Below are positions 28,174 to 37,090 of a DNA stretch of 63,057 nucleotides, piece by piece. The stretch's first letter is position 1. Every line of letters starts with the position of its first letter. A program made the translations under genes and the position numbers. The notes below the pieces were generated by a model. It saw nothing but the letters and a program-made list of their open reading frames with translations, was not told where the DNA came from and searched no databases. Source of the DNA: a virus (taxonomy: Duplodnaviria; Heunggongvirae; Uroviricota; Caudoviricetes); the IMG/VR virus record IMGVR_UViG_3300014205_000184, positions 67,162 through 130,218 of that record; one strand, 5' to 3'.

Positions 28174-29192
28174 ATTGTTCCTTCTAGAATGCTTAACATA
28201 TACATAGTTCGCTGTTTACATGTATGATACTTCATTAAATGCTCATGCCCTGCCATCGCTATTGCGTTTCGCTCATCATCATGAGATAGATAGTACTCTA
28301 AAAGTTCGTTAAAATTAGATAGGTCGTCTTTAATTATAACGCACGTCTCTTTATCCTTAAAAGGAAAAGGTATGATTATTTTAGGGTCAATAGTCATCAT
28401 CATAGTATTATACGATGGTATCTCCCAATATCTTACACAGTCTTTTCCGTGACCAATACACGAGAGTCCAATTTTAGAGCTCGCTATCTTTGACATATAG
28501 TCCTTGTATGCCATTTTACCATGGCGAGGTTTATTTCTGTCCCAATCTGCGACTCCCGAATCAATATCTACTACGCTATTATCAATGTTAAACTCGTGAA
28601 ACTTTTGTACTAATTTAACTCGTAATTGATTTGTGTTACCTAATATTGAAAACACATTTAAATCTTTTTTTAAATCATTAATTTCTGGTAATTTATTCAA
28701 AAATGCAGAGAATGGTAATGGATATATTCTTATTCCATTATACGATGTCTCGTACATCATTTCTCGTTTAAATATGTACTGTGGATTAAACTCATTAATT
28801 AATTGAGTCTGTAAATTTGCTCCGTCTTCACCATCAATAAGCACCAATTTATTAGCTAATAACTTAACTTTATCTTTAATATATCTAAAAGATTTTACAA
28901 CGTACTCTCTAGGCGATGCTAAAATTATATAATCAAAATCGTTAATCTGCTCACATATCTGGTCTAAAGTAAGTTCTGGTAGATGTGGTCTTATTAACTC
29001 ATAATCAACTTTGCCAGTCCACCCAGTCTTACCATCTGGTAATATATAATCATCGTCCGGTGCTCCAGTCCTCCAACGCTTTAACATTGGATAGACATAA
29101 ACGCTACTCTCGCCAACCAAGTCGCATAGTCCTTCAAAAACCATACTGGTTAGATAATCTTGCTGGGGGTCAACTAAATAAAGTACTTTCAT
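28170..29192 (-). CDS. Glycosyltransferase (CgeB-like GT-B)
   Basis: LVLIDGED; YIFKRE; YMSKIASSKIGLSCIGHG..CVRYWEIP; AIAMAGHEHLMKYHT. Confidence 0.75.
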   Translation of the reverse strand: MKVLYLVDPQQDYLTSMVFEGLCDLVGESSVYVYPMLKRWRTGAPDDDYILPDGKTGWTGKVDYELIRPHLPELTLDQICEQINDFDYIILASPREYVVKSFRYIKDKVKLLANKLVLIDGEDGANLQTQLINEFNPQYIFKREMMYETSYNGIRIYPLPFSAFLNKLPEINDLKKDLNVFSILGNTNQLRVKLVQKFHEFNIDNSVVDIDSGVADWDRNKPRHGKMAYKDYMSKIASSKIGLSCIGHGKDCVRYWEIPSYNTMMMTIDPKIIIPFPFKDKETCVIIKDDLSNFNELLEYYLSHDDERNAIAMAGHEHLMKYHTCKQRTMYMLSILEGTI

Positions 29193-29932
29193 TCTATCGC
29201 TTCCTCCATTTCTAATTTAATATCTAATAAATGCACTTTTCGGTCGATTTGTACCTGTTCGTAATGGTTTTGCCAATATTTTCTATTTCCATTTGTTTTC
29301 ATATGACATGTTTTACATAATGAAATTAAATTAATGCCATCATTGTTTTCTTTATCGTAATCTATGTGATGTACGTCCAGTGCATTAATAAGTTCTTTTT
29401 GAGGGACCTCGCACTCTACACATTTATAACCATCCCGATGTCTAATATTATCTTTTAAAAATTTATTAAATTCTGTCGGGTATGATAAGGTTGAGTTACC
29501 GTGAATATAATTTGGTGAATTTTCACCAATATGATGTTTTGAGTAATATCTCCCCATACATTTCAGACTACAAAATTGATTATCGTTTCTATTTTTATGT
29601 GATTTTATTCTTATAACTGTATTTAAACAATAACCGCATTTTACGCTAACTCTACTATGATTAAACCTCCATTCATGAAAACACTTCCTTGAGCAAAATT
29701 TATTTAATTGTTTTTTGAAATGGTCAACACGCTTAATGATGTGTTTTTTACAATTATCGCATTTAACTTTTATTTTAGCAATTTTTCTATATGGTAACCT
29801 TTTTTTACCGATATTGTTTTCAGATAGACATTTTCTATTGCAAAAATGCAACTTTGATTTTTTAAAACGGTACTTATGCCTAAGCACTATTTTTCCACAA
29901 TTATCACATTTACATCTAATCTTAAGCTTCAC
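29189..29932 (-). CDS. HNH homing endonuclease, paralog of 25758..26525
   Basis: IRHRDGYKCVEC...LDVHHIDYDKENN..INLISLCKTCH; near-identical C-terminal 60 aa. Confidence 0.88.
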   Translation of the reverse strand: MKLKIRCKCDNCGKIVLRHKYRFKKSKLHFCNRKCLSENNIGKKRLPYRKIAKIKVKCDNCKKHIIKRVDHFKKQLNKFCSRKCFHEWRFNHSRVSVKCGYCLNTVIRIKSHKNRNDNQFCSLKCMGRYYSKHHIGENSPNYIHGNSTLSYPTEFNKFLKDNIRHRDGYKCVECEVPQKELINALDVHHIDYDKENNDGINLISLCKTCHMKTNGNRKYWQNHYEQVQIDRKVHLLDIKLEMEEAIE

Positions 29933-30890
29933 AAGTACACTCCATCATATTTCTGTCAAGATACTTAACTACTCTTTTTGGTAAATCATTTATTTTTAAA
30001 ATATTATCGTGTACTTGAACTTGAGGTACATCCCAAAAATCACTACATCCCCAATACTTAGCAAAAATAACCCTAGAATAATCCATTCTATATGCAAAAC
30101 CTTTATCTGCTATTCGTTTATGCTCTTCTATATCTAAAGCTAATTTTTTAGAACTTTTACTCATAATATCAATATATTCATTTTTATCTAAAAAACTATT
30201 AAACTCTGTTATTGATAATTCTCTATTATTTGAAAATGTTTGCGAACCCCAATGTTCCATAGCTGGATATGGCACATGAAACGACCATAACTCATTACTC
30301 CATTGCTGAAAATTAAACCATGTCTCTTCGTAAAATGAACGTATATAATTAGCTGGGAACCCAAATGAACCGTCTTTATACTTTACATTTTTCCAGTTTT
30401 CACGCTTAAACGTAAAGCAACATCCCACTGGACTTCCTACACGCCCCACGGGGACATCATAATTAGGTAGAGTATACTGCTTATTAGGGTTGCCTGTCTT
30501 GGGGTCTATTTGAATCAAATTCCAACCAAGACTACCTACATTTTCGTTATTGTCAAAGAAGTAAATAACTGATTCTAACCAGTTACCATCATTTATGCAT
30601 ATATCATCATTGAATAAAACCTGGATATCGCAATCATCATAAAACGCTGTTAAATCATTCCAACTAGCAGGTATCCCCATGTTTTTATCATGTTTTATTA
30701 ACGGAACACCGTAACTTGAACACACTTCTTCTAGTTTGTTGACCATTTCAACATCTTTAGTACCATCATCTAATACCACAATCTTAAAGTTGTGTTTATT
30801 AGGTGTGTATAAGAATATACTCGCAAGAAGATTATTTATGCGGGCATAATCATTATACGTAGGTATTCCTATCGAAACCTTATGTTCCAT
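29922..30890 (-). CDS. GT2-family glycosyltransferase
   Basis: VSIGIPTYN; IVVLDDG; NMGIPASWN; VLFNDD (DXD); FYEET. Confidence 0.85.
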   Translation of the reverse strand: MEHKVSIGIPTYNDYARINNLLASIFLYTPNKHNFKIVVLDDGTKDVEMVNKLEEVCSSYGVPLIKHDKNMGIPASWNDLTAFYDDCDIQVLFNDDICINDGNWLESVIYFFDNNENVGSLGWNLIQIDPKTGNPNKQYTLPNYDVPVGRVGSPVGCCFTFKRENWKNVKYKDGSFGFPANYIRSFYEETWFNFQQWSNELWSFHVPYPAMEHWGSQTFSNNRELSITEFNSFLDKNEYIDIMSKSSKKLALDIEEHKRIADKGFAYRMDYSRVIFAKYWGCSDFWDVPQVQVHDNILKINDLPKRVVKYLDRNMMECTCEA

Positions 30891-30915
30891 AGCACCCCCA
30901 TTCTTTATTTATCTA

Positions 30916-33183
30916 TCATTCTTTACAAATCTGTAAATGCGATTTTGCTACTTTTGTCCATTCGTTCTTATTTAAAAACGCCTCAGCGTTTTGTGAAATT
31001 TGTGTACAAAGCTCTTTATTATTTAATAGTAATTCTATACTCGACACTATCGTTTGTCTATTTAAGTTGCTTACTTTGTAAACCTCTCTATCAACATCTA
31101 AAAATGCTATTGAAGATGGAGTTACTATGGGTTTACATAATCTTAATAGCGTCTTACATGCCGCTGAATTTCCACCCATATTTGGTGAATCTTTATAATT
31201 AAGAACAAACAAATCGCAAGCATTTAACGTTTTTAATAGAGTATTATCGTCAAGATAATCTCTTATTATAAGCACGTTATTTTGCATCTGTTCATCTTCT
31301 ATAAATCTAAAGAATCTTTCATCGTAAGATTTACTTCCAAATTCATGCGGTGGTGCTACTATTAAACAAAGAACGTCATTAAACTTTTGCTTTAAATCTT
31401 TTATAGCTACTATAAGCTCTTCATACCCCTTTTGGTCTCTAAGAAATCCAAACGAGCCAACTATCGGATACTTATTACTTATATTTAATTTTTCTTTTAT
31501 ATCAGAATTATTCTCAATAAATTTCTTATCACACCCCATTGGAATAACAAATATATTGTTTGCATCTGGTCGCTGTTTCATCGCATATTTCTTAAATGTT
31601 TCATTATGGAATATAACAGCATCAGCTTTGTCTATTACCATATTAAGGTATGGATATAATGGAGAAAAAGTATGCATTAGAATAACAGTCTTTACTTTTT
31701 TATCACGTGTCTTGTCTAAAAACTGCTCTAATTCTACTCTGTTCTGAAAGAACGAATATTCATGTTGTATATATATACAATTAAATTTATCTAAATTTTT
31801 CTCAAGTTCTTGCAAGTTATTACTTGGATAAATAACAACTTTTGTTTTATTTTCTTCTATCGCTTCACCTAAACTCTTAGTATATTGTGCTATCCCACAG
31901 TTCTTACCCCATGATGGAATAACCATTAAAAGTTTTAAATCTTCAAGCTTAACTTTATTTTTTATAAAGTCTCTATTGGGTGAATATTCAAGAGTAGATT
32001 GAACTAATTTTTCTACCGTATTAGCTGTATTTTCCCATGTAAAATTCTTAGACTGTTCTATACAGTTATTACTATATTTAAAATATAAACTATCTTCTTT
32101 ATTATCTGAATCTTTGAATTTCTTCCAGTCAGTATATAGTTTATTTAACTTACCAACTAAATCTTTCTTAGAAACTATGCCTCTTATAACCCCATACGCC
32201 CCATAAATAGTCTCAGCTACATCAATAGTTTCACCACAACCATTTATCACTTCAGGGGTTGATGCATAATTTGTAACAACGGGAACACACCCAGTTGACA
32301 TGCCTTCAAGTATTGGCATCCCAATACCTTCACCTATTGATGAGTTAACATTAACCTTGCATATATTATATAGTAAATTTATTCTTTCGTCGCTTATCCC
32401 ATTTACTGGAACTATACTTTTTACGACGCTTACTTTTTGCTCAAGTTTATTTCTTTTTATAACTCCCCATAAATTATACCCCGTTGGGGCTTCGGGATTT
32501 GTCCCTAGAAACAAAAATGTATCATTTTTATCTTTAGAGAATTCAGCGAATGCTTCCAAAGTAGCTGGGAAATTTTTCCTATCACAGTTTTGACCGATAT
32601 TTAAAACTGTGAACGTATTACTTATATCTAATTTTGTTTCCTTAACGTTTAATTTTGCATTTAATTTTTTAAAGATATCGTGGTTTACGCCTGGGTATAT
32701 AACCGGCACATCATTAAATCTTGATGATATATTTTTAATCTCATTTACACCAAATTTTGACATTGTAGCCACAGAATCGAATTGTCTCAAAATCTCAACC
32801 CATCCTAAATCGGTCCACTCACCATCAACTGTTACCCATAATACTGACTTAAAATTTGGGTTTATATCTCTGCACTGCGAAAAAATTCTACTAGCAGGCA
32901 GGAAATCCCATATATCCCCTATACATAGCACTATATCTGGGTTTGCGTCAGAGATAACATATCTAAGCTGACTCTCAGCATCCTGCGATATTTCTTTTAT
33001 TAATGGATAAATAAAAAATGGTAGATTAATCTTACTGGTATGTTGTTGATGCCAACCAGCTATTGTTAACTCATATTTTTCAAAGAGCCTAGTTGCAATT
33101 TCTTTACATACTCTCCCCAGACCAGTTGTAAGTGTTGGGGAGTCGGATATAATTAATAAACGTTTTTTTTGTTCTTTTCCCAT
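30916..33183 (-). CDS. Tandem two-domain GT4 glycosyltransferase
   Basis: ISDSPTLTTGLGRV...QNCDRKN...SSIGEGIGMPILEGM; second unit PSWGKNCGIAQYT...GFLRDQKG...SAACK. Confidence 0.85.
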   Translation of the reverse strand: MGKEQKKRLLIISDSPTLTTGLGRVCKEIATRLFEKYELTIAGWHQQHTSKINLPFFIYPLIKEISQDAESQLRYVISDANPDIVLCIGDIWDFLPASRIFSQCRDINPNFKSVLWVTVDGEWTDLGWVEILRQFDSVATMSKFGVNEIKNISSRFNDVPVIYPGVNHDIFKKLNAKLNVKETKLDISNTFTVLNIGQNCDRKNFPATLEAFAEFSKDKNDTFLFLGTNPEAPTGYNLWGVIKRNKLEQKVSVVKSIVPVNGISDERINLLYNICKVNVNSSIGEGIGMPILEGMSTGCVPVVTNYASTPEVINGCGETIDVAETIYGAYGVIRGIVSKKDLVGKLNKLYTDWKKFKDSDNKEDSLYFKYSNNCIEQSKNFTWENTANTVEKLVQSTLEYSPNRDFIKNKVKLEDLKLLMVIPSWGKNCGIAQYTKSLGEAIEENKTKVVIYPSNNLQELEKNLDKFNCIYIQHEYSFFQNRVELEQFLDKTRDKKVKTVILMHTFSPLYPYLNMVIDKADAVIFHNETFKKYAMKQRPDANNIFVIPMGCDKKFIENNSDIKEKLNISNKYPIVGSFGFLRDQKGYEELIVAIKDLKQKFNDVLCLIVAPPHEFGSKSYDERFFRFIEDEQMQNNVLIIRDYLDDNTLLKTLNACDLFVLNYKDSPNMGGNSAACKTLLRLCKPIVTPSSIAFLDVDREVYKVSNLNRQTIVSSIELLLNNKELCTQISQNAEAFLNKNEWTKVAKSHLQICKE

Positions 33184-33217
33184 CTTTACTCCTTATTTCT
33201 ATCTTTCTATCGTTTTA

Positions 33218-33610
33218 TTAAGCTGATGTTTTTTGATTCAACTTTTCTTCTAATATGTTTCGTATCTTAATATCAAGTTTTTCTCGTTCAGCTATAACTA
33301 TTAACTTACCAAGAGTTTCTATTGAAAGCTCTTCACTCCCAATAGCGGCAATTATTGCGGCTGGGCTTTTTCTTATAAATCGCTCTATTTCAATATCATT
33401 AAGTGTTGTTACTTTTTTTGTCTGTATAACTTCCCCAGTTTCAGAACTAACTTCAGCTATTTTTTCTTGCCTAAGAAATCTGTTCAATTCATCGCTATTC
33501 AATTTAGGGACCTCTTCTCCTGGACCTATTCTAACCCAATCTTCCTGTTTAGATTTACCATCAACTCCTTTGTAAGTGAAGCTACTGATAATTTTGTAAT
33601 TCTTAGCCAT
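33218..33610 (-). CDS. Hypothetical protein following the capsid gene
   Basis: 130-aa ORF with a good SD (AGGGGG). Confidence 0.6.
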   Translation of the reverse strand: MAKNYKIISSFTYKGVDGKSKQEDWVRIGPGEEVPKLNSDELNRFLRQEKIAEVSSETGEVIQTKKVTTLNDIEIERFIRKSPAAIIAAIGSEELSIETLGKLIVIAEREKLDIKIRNILEEKLNQKTSA

Positions 33611-33635
33611 TTCTTTCCCCCTATCATTTGTATAC

Positions 33636-33669
33636 TATTAGGGGGTAAGTAAAAACTCACCCCCTAATA
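33636..33669 (-). terminator. Hairpin downstream of the major capsid gene
   Basis: TATTAGGGGG...CCCCCTAATA 10-bp stem with further pairs and an AAAA loop. Confidence 0.6.
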
Positions 33670-33697
33670 ATATTATTCTTTCAAACTAGACGACGTG

Positions 33698-34729
33698 TTA
33701 CTCCAATACATTAGTTGTTAACGATGGAGCAGTATACGCATCGGTCGATATATACCCAACATACCCTGCCGCACGATACAGCACTTGCGTTGTGAACCAT
33801 CTTAGATAAGACGCTTCAATCAACGGATATGCCGCATTATAACTTCCAGGTGTAAGCAGAAGCCCCTGAGCAGACGGATTCTTTTTCTGAATAAATCTTA
33901 CAGGTTTATCTTCACCAGGTCTTGTCCCAATTATCATAAAATACCCATCTGGCATCCACTGAGTTTCAACCCAATTTATACCAAGCAGAGAACCTTTGAA
34001 ACCTTCTCTCATCACCTGATTAGGTAAGTCTTGTCCAAGATTAGCATATGTTGCCGTAGTTGTCAAGAACAAACCAATCAAATCTTCAAGGTCTTTTATG
34101 AAATCAGCATTACAGAACCCCACAAACGGTGCACCCCAACCATGCTCTTTTATATGCTCTTTAGCCGCAGTCAAATCTGAAACTCTCAGAGTTGCCGAAC
34201 CTGTAGAAACATAATGAGTATGCGTTGTAAGGAACGACGCCTGACCATATATAGGTGGTCTGTCTTGCTTTTCAGCAGTATCATAATACGCCGCACCAGC
34301 ATAAAAACCATTAGAACTGACGTTATTCATAGAATTCTCTATAATAACAGCAGTAACTAGGTCTCTATCTGTAGCTAAAGCTTTAGCCGCAAGCTTCCCA
34401 ACTTCAGTTGAAGACGACTGTTCGCTCATCAACCAATCAAACGTATACGTTATACCGAGACCATACTTTTCAGTATCTCTCTGCCTCTTCCCATAAACAA
34501 TCTTATGTGAAGTAGGTTTCTCTATTTCCCCAAGTTTACGAAACTTCCATTTCGATGTATTGACAGGGAACTTGTAATACGATTCATCTCCATCAACGCA
34601 TACCATATTTCTGATATCAAGCGTTTCCTCGGCATTATATATGTCAAGTATAGGGAGAACTGTATTGTAATACACTTCATTCAAATCAATTCCATCAGTT
34701 GTAGTAAAACCTCTTAATTCAACACCCAT
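33698..34729 (-). CDS. Major capsid protein (HK97 fold)
   Basis: 343 aa after protease and decoration genes; KYGLGITYTF, LTAAKEHIKEHG, GSLLGINWVETQWMPDGY motifs; followed by a hairpin. Confidence 0.8.
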   Translation of the reverse strand: MGVELRGFTTTDGIDLNEVYYNTVLPILDIYNAEETLDIRNMVCVDGDESYYKFPVNTSKWKFRKLGEIEKPTSHKIVYGKRQRDTEKYGLGITYTFDWLMSEQSSSTEVGKLAAKALATDRDLVTAVIIENSMNNVSSNGFYAGAAYYDTAEKQDRPPIYGQASFLTTHTHYVSTGSATLRVSDLTAAKEHIKEHGWGAPFVGFCNADFIKDLEDLIGLFLTTTATYANLGQDLPNQVMREGFKGSLLGINWVETQWMPDGYFMIIGTRPGEDKPVRFIQKKNPSAQGLLLTPGSYNAAYPLIEASYLRWFTTQVLYRAAGYVGYISTDAYTAPSLTTNVLE

Positions 34730-34757
34730 TTCTATTCACCTCCGATAATATTTATAT

Positions 34758-35135
34758 TTATGTTATAGACACTAAATCTAGGTCTACGAATACTTCATCA
34801 CTATCTATTGCAAAACCAACCTTCTGCGTACCAGTCTGACTATACTCTCCCGCCGTAGTAGATAAGTACACTGGTGAACCCTTAGCAAAACTCCAATCAG
34901 CGTTAACTACCCTAGCACATCTAACAAGAGTTGCATACTGGTTAATACCAGCAGTTTTTGTTCCTGCACCAGAAGTCGTAGCTACGCCATGAGCAAACAA
35001 CCCACCTGTATGATTAGCTGGGGAAAGCGTAGCCGCTCCGCTCATAATGTGCATCAATGTCCCGGGAGCACAATATGCGCCAGAAGTAAGCGCCATACCA
35101 AAACTTCTTTCATTTACACTATTTAAATCTGACAT
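34758..35135 (-). CDS. Capsid decoration/cement protein
   Basis: 125 aa between scaffold and capsid genes; GSPVYLSTTAGEYS...VGFAI pattern. Confidence 0.68.
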   Translation of the reverse strand: MSDLNSVNERSFGMALTSGAYCAPGTLMHIMSGAATLSPANHTGGLFAHGVATTSGAGTKTAGINQYATLVRCARVVNADWSFAKGSPVYLSTTAGEYSQTGTQKVGFAIDSDEVFVDLDLVSIT

Positions 35136-35162
35136 TTCTTAACACCTCCATATACAAATAAT

Positions 35163-36473
35163 TTATGTTTTCTTTACTTTTATTCCCGCAAACCTCACGA
35201 GTTCATCTTTTCTTTCTTTTGTTATCTCACCACTTCCACTAACTTCTTCAAAACCAAGTTTCAAAACGCTTCCCTGCATCTTTTTAGATATAAGAGAATC
35301 CTGCTCTTCAGCAGTAACTGACTCTTTCGTAAAACCTTTTTTAAGAATAGACTTTATAACAGTTGCATCCTCTTTCTTATAAGATTTTCCTTCAAGTTCA
35401 GCCCATTTAGCATCAACTTTTTTGTTGATTTCTTCATCAGCCTGTTTTGCTTTGATATCTGTAAGTTCTTTCTGAACACCAGTCAGTTTTACATCAGACT
35501 CAGCAATCTTCTTTTCAGTCTCAGCTAATTTAGCATTAGCTTCTAAAACCTTTGACTCAGATTCTGTAATCTTCTTTTCCATATCTGATATTTTTGCCTG
35601 AGCTTCAGATTTTTCTTTTATAGAAGACGCTTTAAAATCTTCCATCTCTTTAGACGTTGCTTGCAACTTAACTTCTATTGCATCAATTTCTTCCTGTGTA
35701 TAAAGAGTTCCATCTTTTTTCTTAATATCTGCCATTGACTTTTCCACCTCCGTTATTTCACCTTCTTCAATTTCAATATAACATGAATCAGTATCATCAT
35801 ACGCTTCCATTGATTTTATAGAACCAACAACATTAACTTTTACTCTATCATTTAACTTTCTATCTTTCACACCCTTAATATATTTAGAATACACACGCAT
35901 ATACGATGCATTATTGGGGTCTATCCCAATAGCTTTTAACATGTCCTCGTGTGAAATATTTTCAACATGTCTATCTAAAGCTTTCGACATATACCAAGCT
36001 AATGTCTTAGCTTGAGAATTAGCAGGTATTGAAACCATACTTACTTCTATGAGCTTCATAGCTTTTATTATATTAGCCCATATATCTTTACCAGCCTGTT
36101 TAACTTTTTCTTTAGTGGATTCTAATATTGCCCCACGTATTGAAAATTTATTTATAATTCCTTCTTTTATTTTTTGTCTTATATCAGGTTCAGCTTTTGA
36201 GATTAATACTTTTATTTTTAATCCCTTACTATCACCTAGAGCAGTTTCAACCTTACCTATAGGACGTTCTTTGTCATGATTAAATAACACTGTGGAGCGT
36301 TCTAAAAGGTCGTTCTCTGACTGTTTTATAGCTTCTGGGGTAATTATATCACCCTGGTCATCATAATCTACAGTAGCCGCATAACCTTCAACATATAACT
36401 TATCATCTTCCTCATATGTCTTAGTTATATCAAGTTGAGCATCAAACTGTACTTTTTGTAATTCTTTACTCAT
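35163..36473 (-). CDS. HK97-type prohead protease fused to a coiled-coil scaffold
   Basis: VEGYAATVDYDDQGDII; VLFNHD..RPIG; NKFSIRG; LIEVSMVSIPAN; C-terminal coiled coil. Confidence 0.9.
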   Translation of the reverse strand: MSKELQKVQFDAQLDITKTYEEDDKLYVEGYAATVDYDDQGDIITPEAIKQSENDLLERSTVLFNHDKERPIGKVETALGDSKGLKIKVLISKAEPDIRQKIKEGIINKFSIRGAILESTKEKVKQAGKDIWANIIKAMKLIEVSMVSIPANSQAKTLAWYMSKALDRHVENISHEDMLKAIGIDPNNASYMRVYSKYIKGVKDRKLNDRVKVNVVGSIKSMEAYDDTDSCYIEIEEGEITEVEKSMADIKKKDGTLYTQEEIDAIEVKLQATSKEMEDFKASSIKEKSEAQAKISDMEKKITESESKVLEANAKLAETEKKIAESDVKLTGVQKELTDIKAKQADEEINKKVDAKWAELEGKSYKKEDATVIKSILKKGFTKESVTAEEQDSLISKKMQGSVLKLGFEEVSGSGEITKERKDELVRFAGIKVKKT

Positions 36474-36489
36474 GTTTCTCCTAATAATA

Positions 36490-36837
36490 TTATGTTTTAT
36501 TTTTTAATATTTTTCTATCTTCAAGCAAGAGTACTTTAATATCATCTATACTACCTTTAATATCATCTATACTACCTTTAATATGATTAATGTTATTCTC
36601 TTCTAATTTACACGCTAAATCAAACTCAGCTTTTGTCACAAACAATGTTCTTGGTGCGTGTATTTCATCATTCGTTAAATGTGTAAAAATTTTAGAATCT
36701 ACTTTCTTAACATCATCACCTATATCTTTTACATCGCTCTTAACCCCACTTATTAGGAATAATGCAATTGTTACAAATATTGGGGTAACAAATCGAAGAT
36801 ACTCCCACCAATCTAATTTCTTTTCACTCATAAACAT
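36490..36837 (-). CDS. Small membrane protein (one TM helix + coiled coil); possible holin-like protein
   Basis: FVTPIFVTIALFLIS hydrophobic segment; KGSIDDI duplicated. Confidence 0.5.
   Translation of the reverse strand: MFMSEKKLDWWEYLRFVTPIFVTIALFLISGVKSDVKDIGDDVKKVDSKIFTHLTNDEIHAPRTLFVTKAEFDLACKLEENNINHIKGSIDDIKGSIDDIKVLLLEDRKILKNKT
36534..36584. repeat. 21-nt tandem repeat (~2.4 copies)
   Basis: CTTTAATATCATCTATACTAC twice plus a partial copy. Confidence 0.9.
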
Positions 36838-36856
36838 ATTGACCTTATGCTATCTA

Positions 36857-37090
36857 TTACGCATTTTGTGGTGCTTCTTTTTCAGATATTATCCCGTCCT
36901 TGTCTACATTATAAATCTTTCTTTCGTCAAGATTATATTTTTTGACAAGCGACAACCAGTGTAAATCAGATTCGTTTTGAAGTAAATTTAATTCTATTTT
37001 CTTATTCATCAAAACATCTTGACGAGTTTTTAACGCTCTCAACTCATCAGTACTTAATTTAATAACGTCAACCTTATCTAATGTTTCCAT
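36857..37090 (-). CDS. Small coiled-coil hypothetical protein
   Basis: 77-aa ORF abutting the portal stop codon. Confidence 0.6.
   Translation of the reverse strand: METLDKVDVIKLSTDELRALKTRQDVLMNKKIELNLLQNESDLHWLSLVKKYNLDERKIYNVDKDGIISEKEAPQNA

Noticed and set aside
36534-36584. 21-nt tandem duplication as a regulatory element
   Set aside because: It simply duplicates one heptad (KGSIDDI) in a coiled coil
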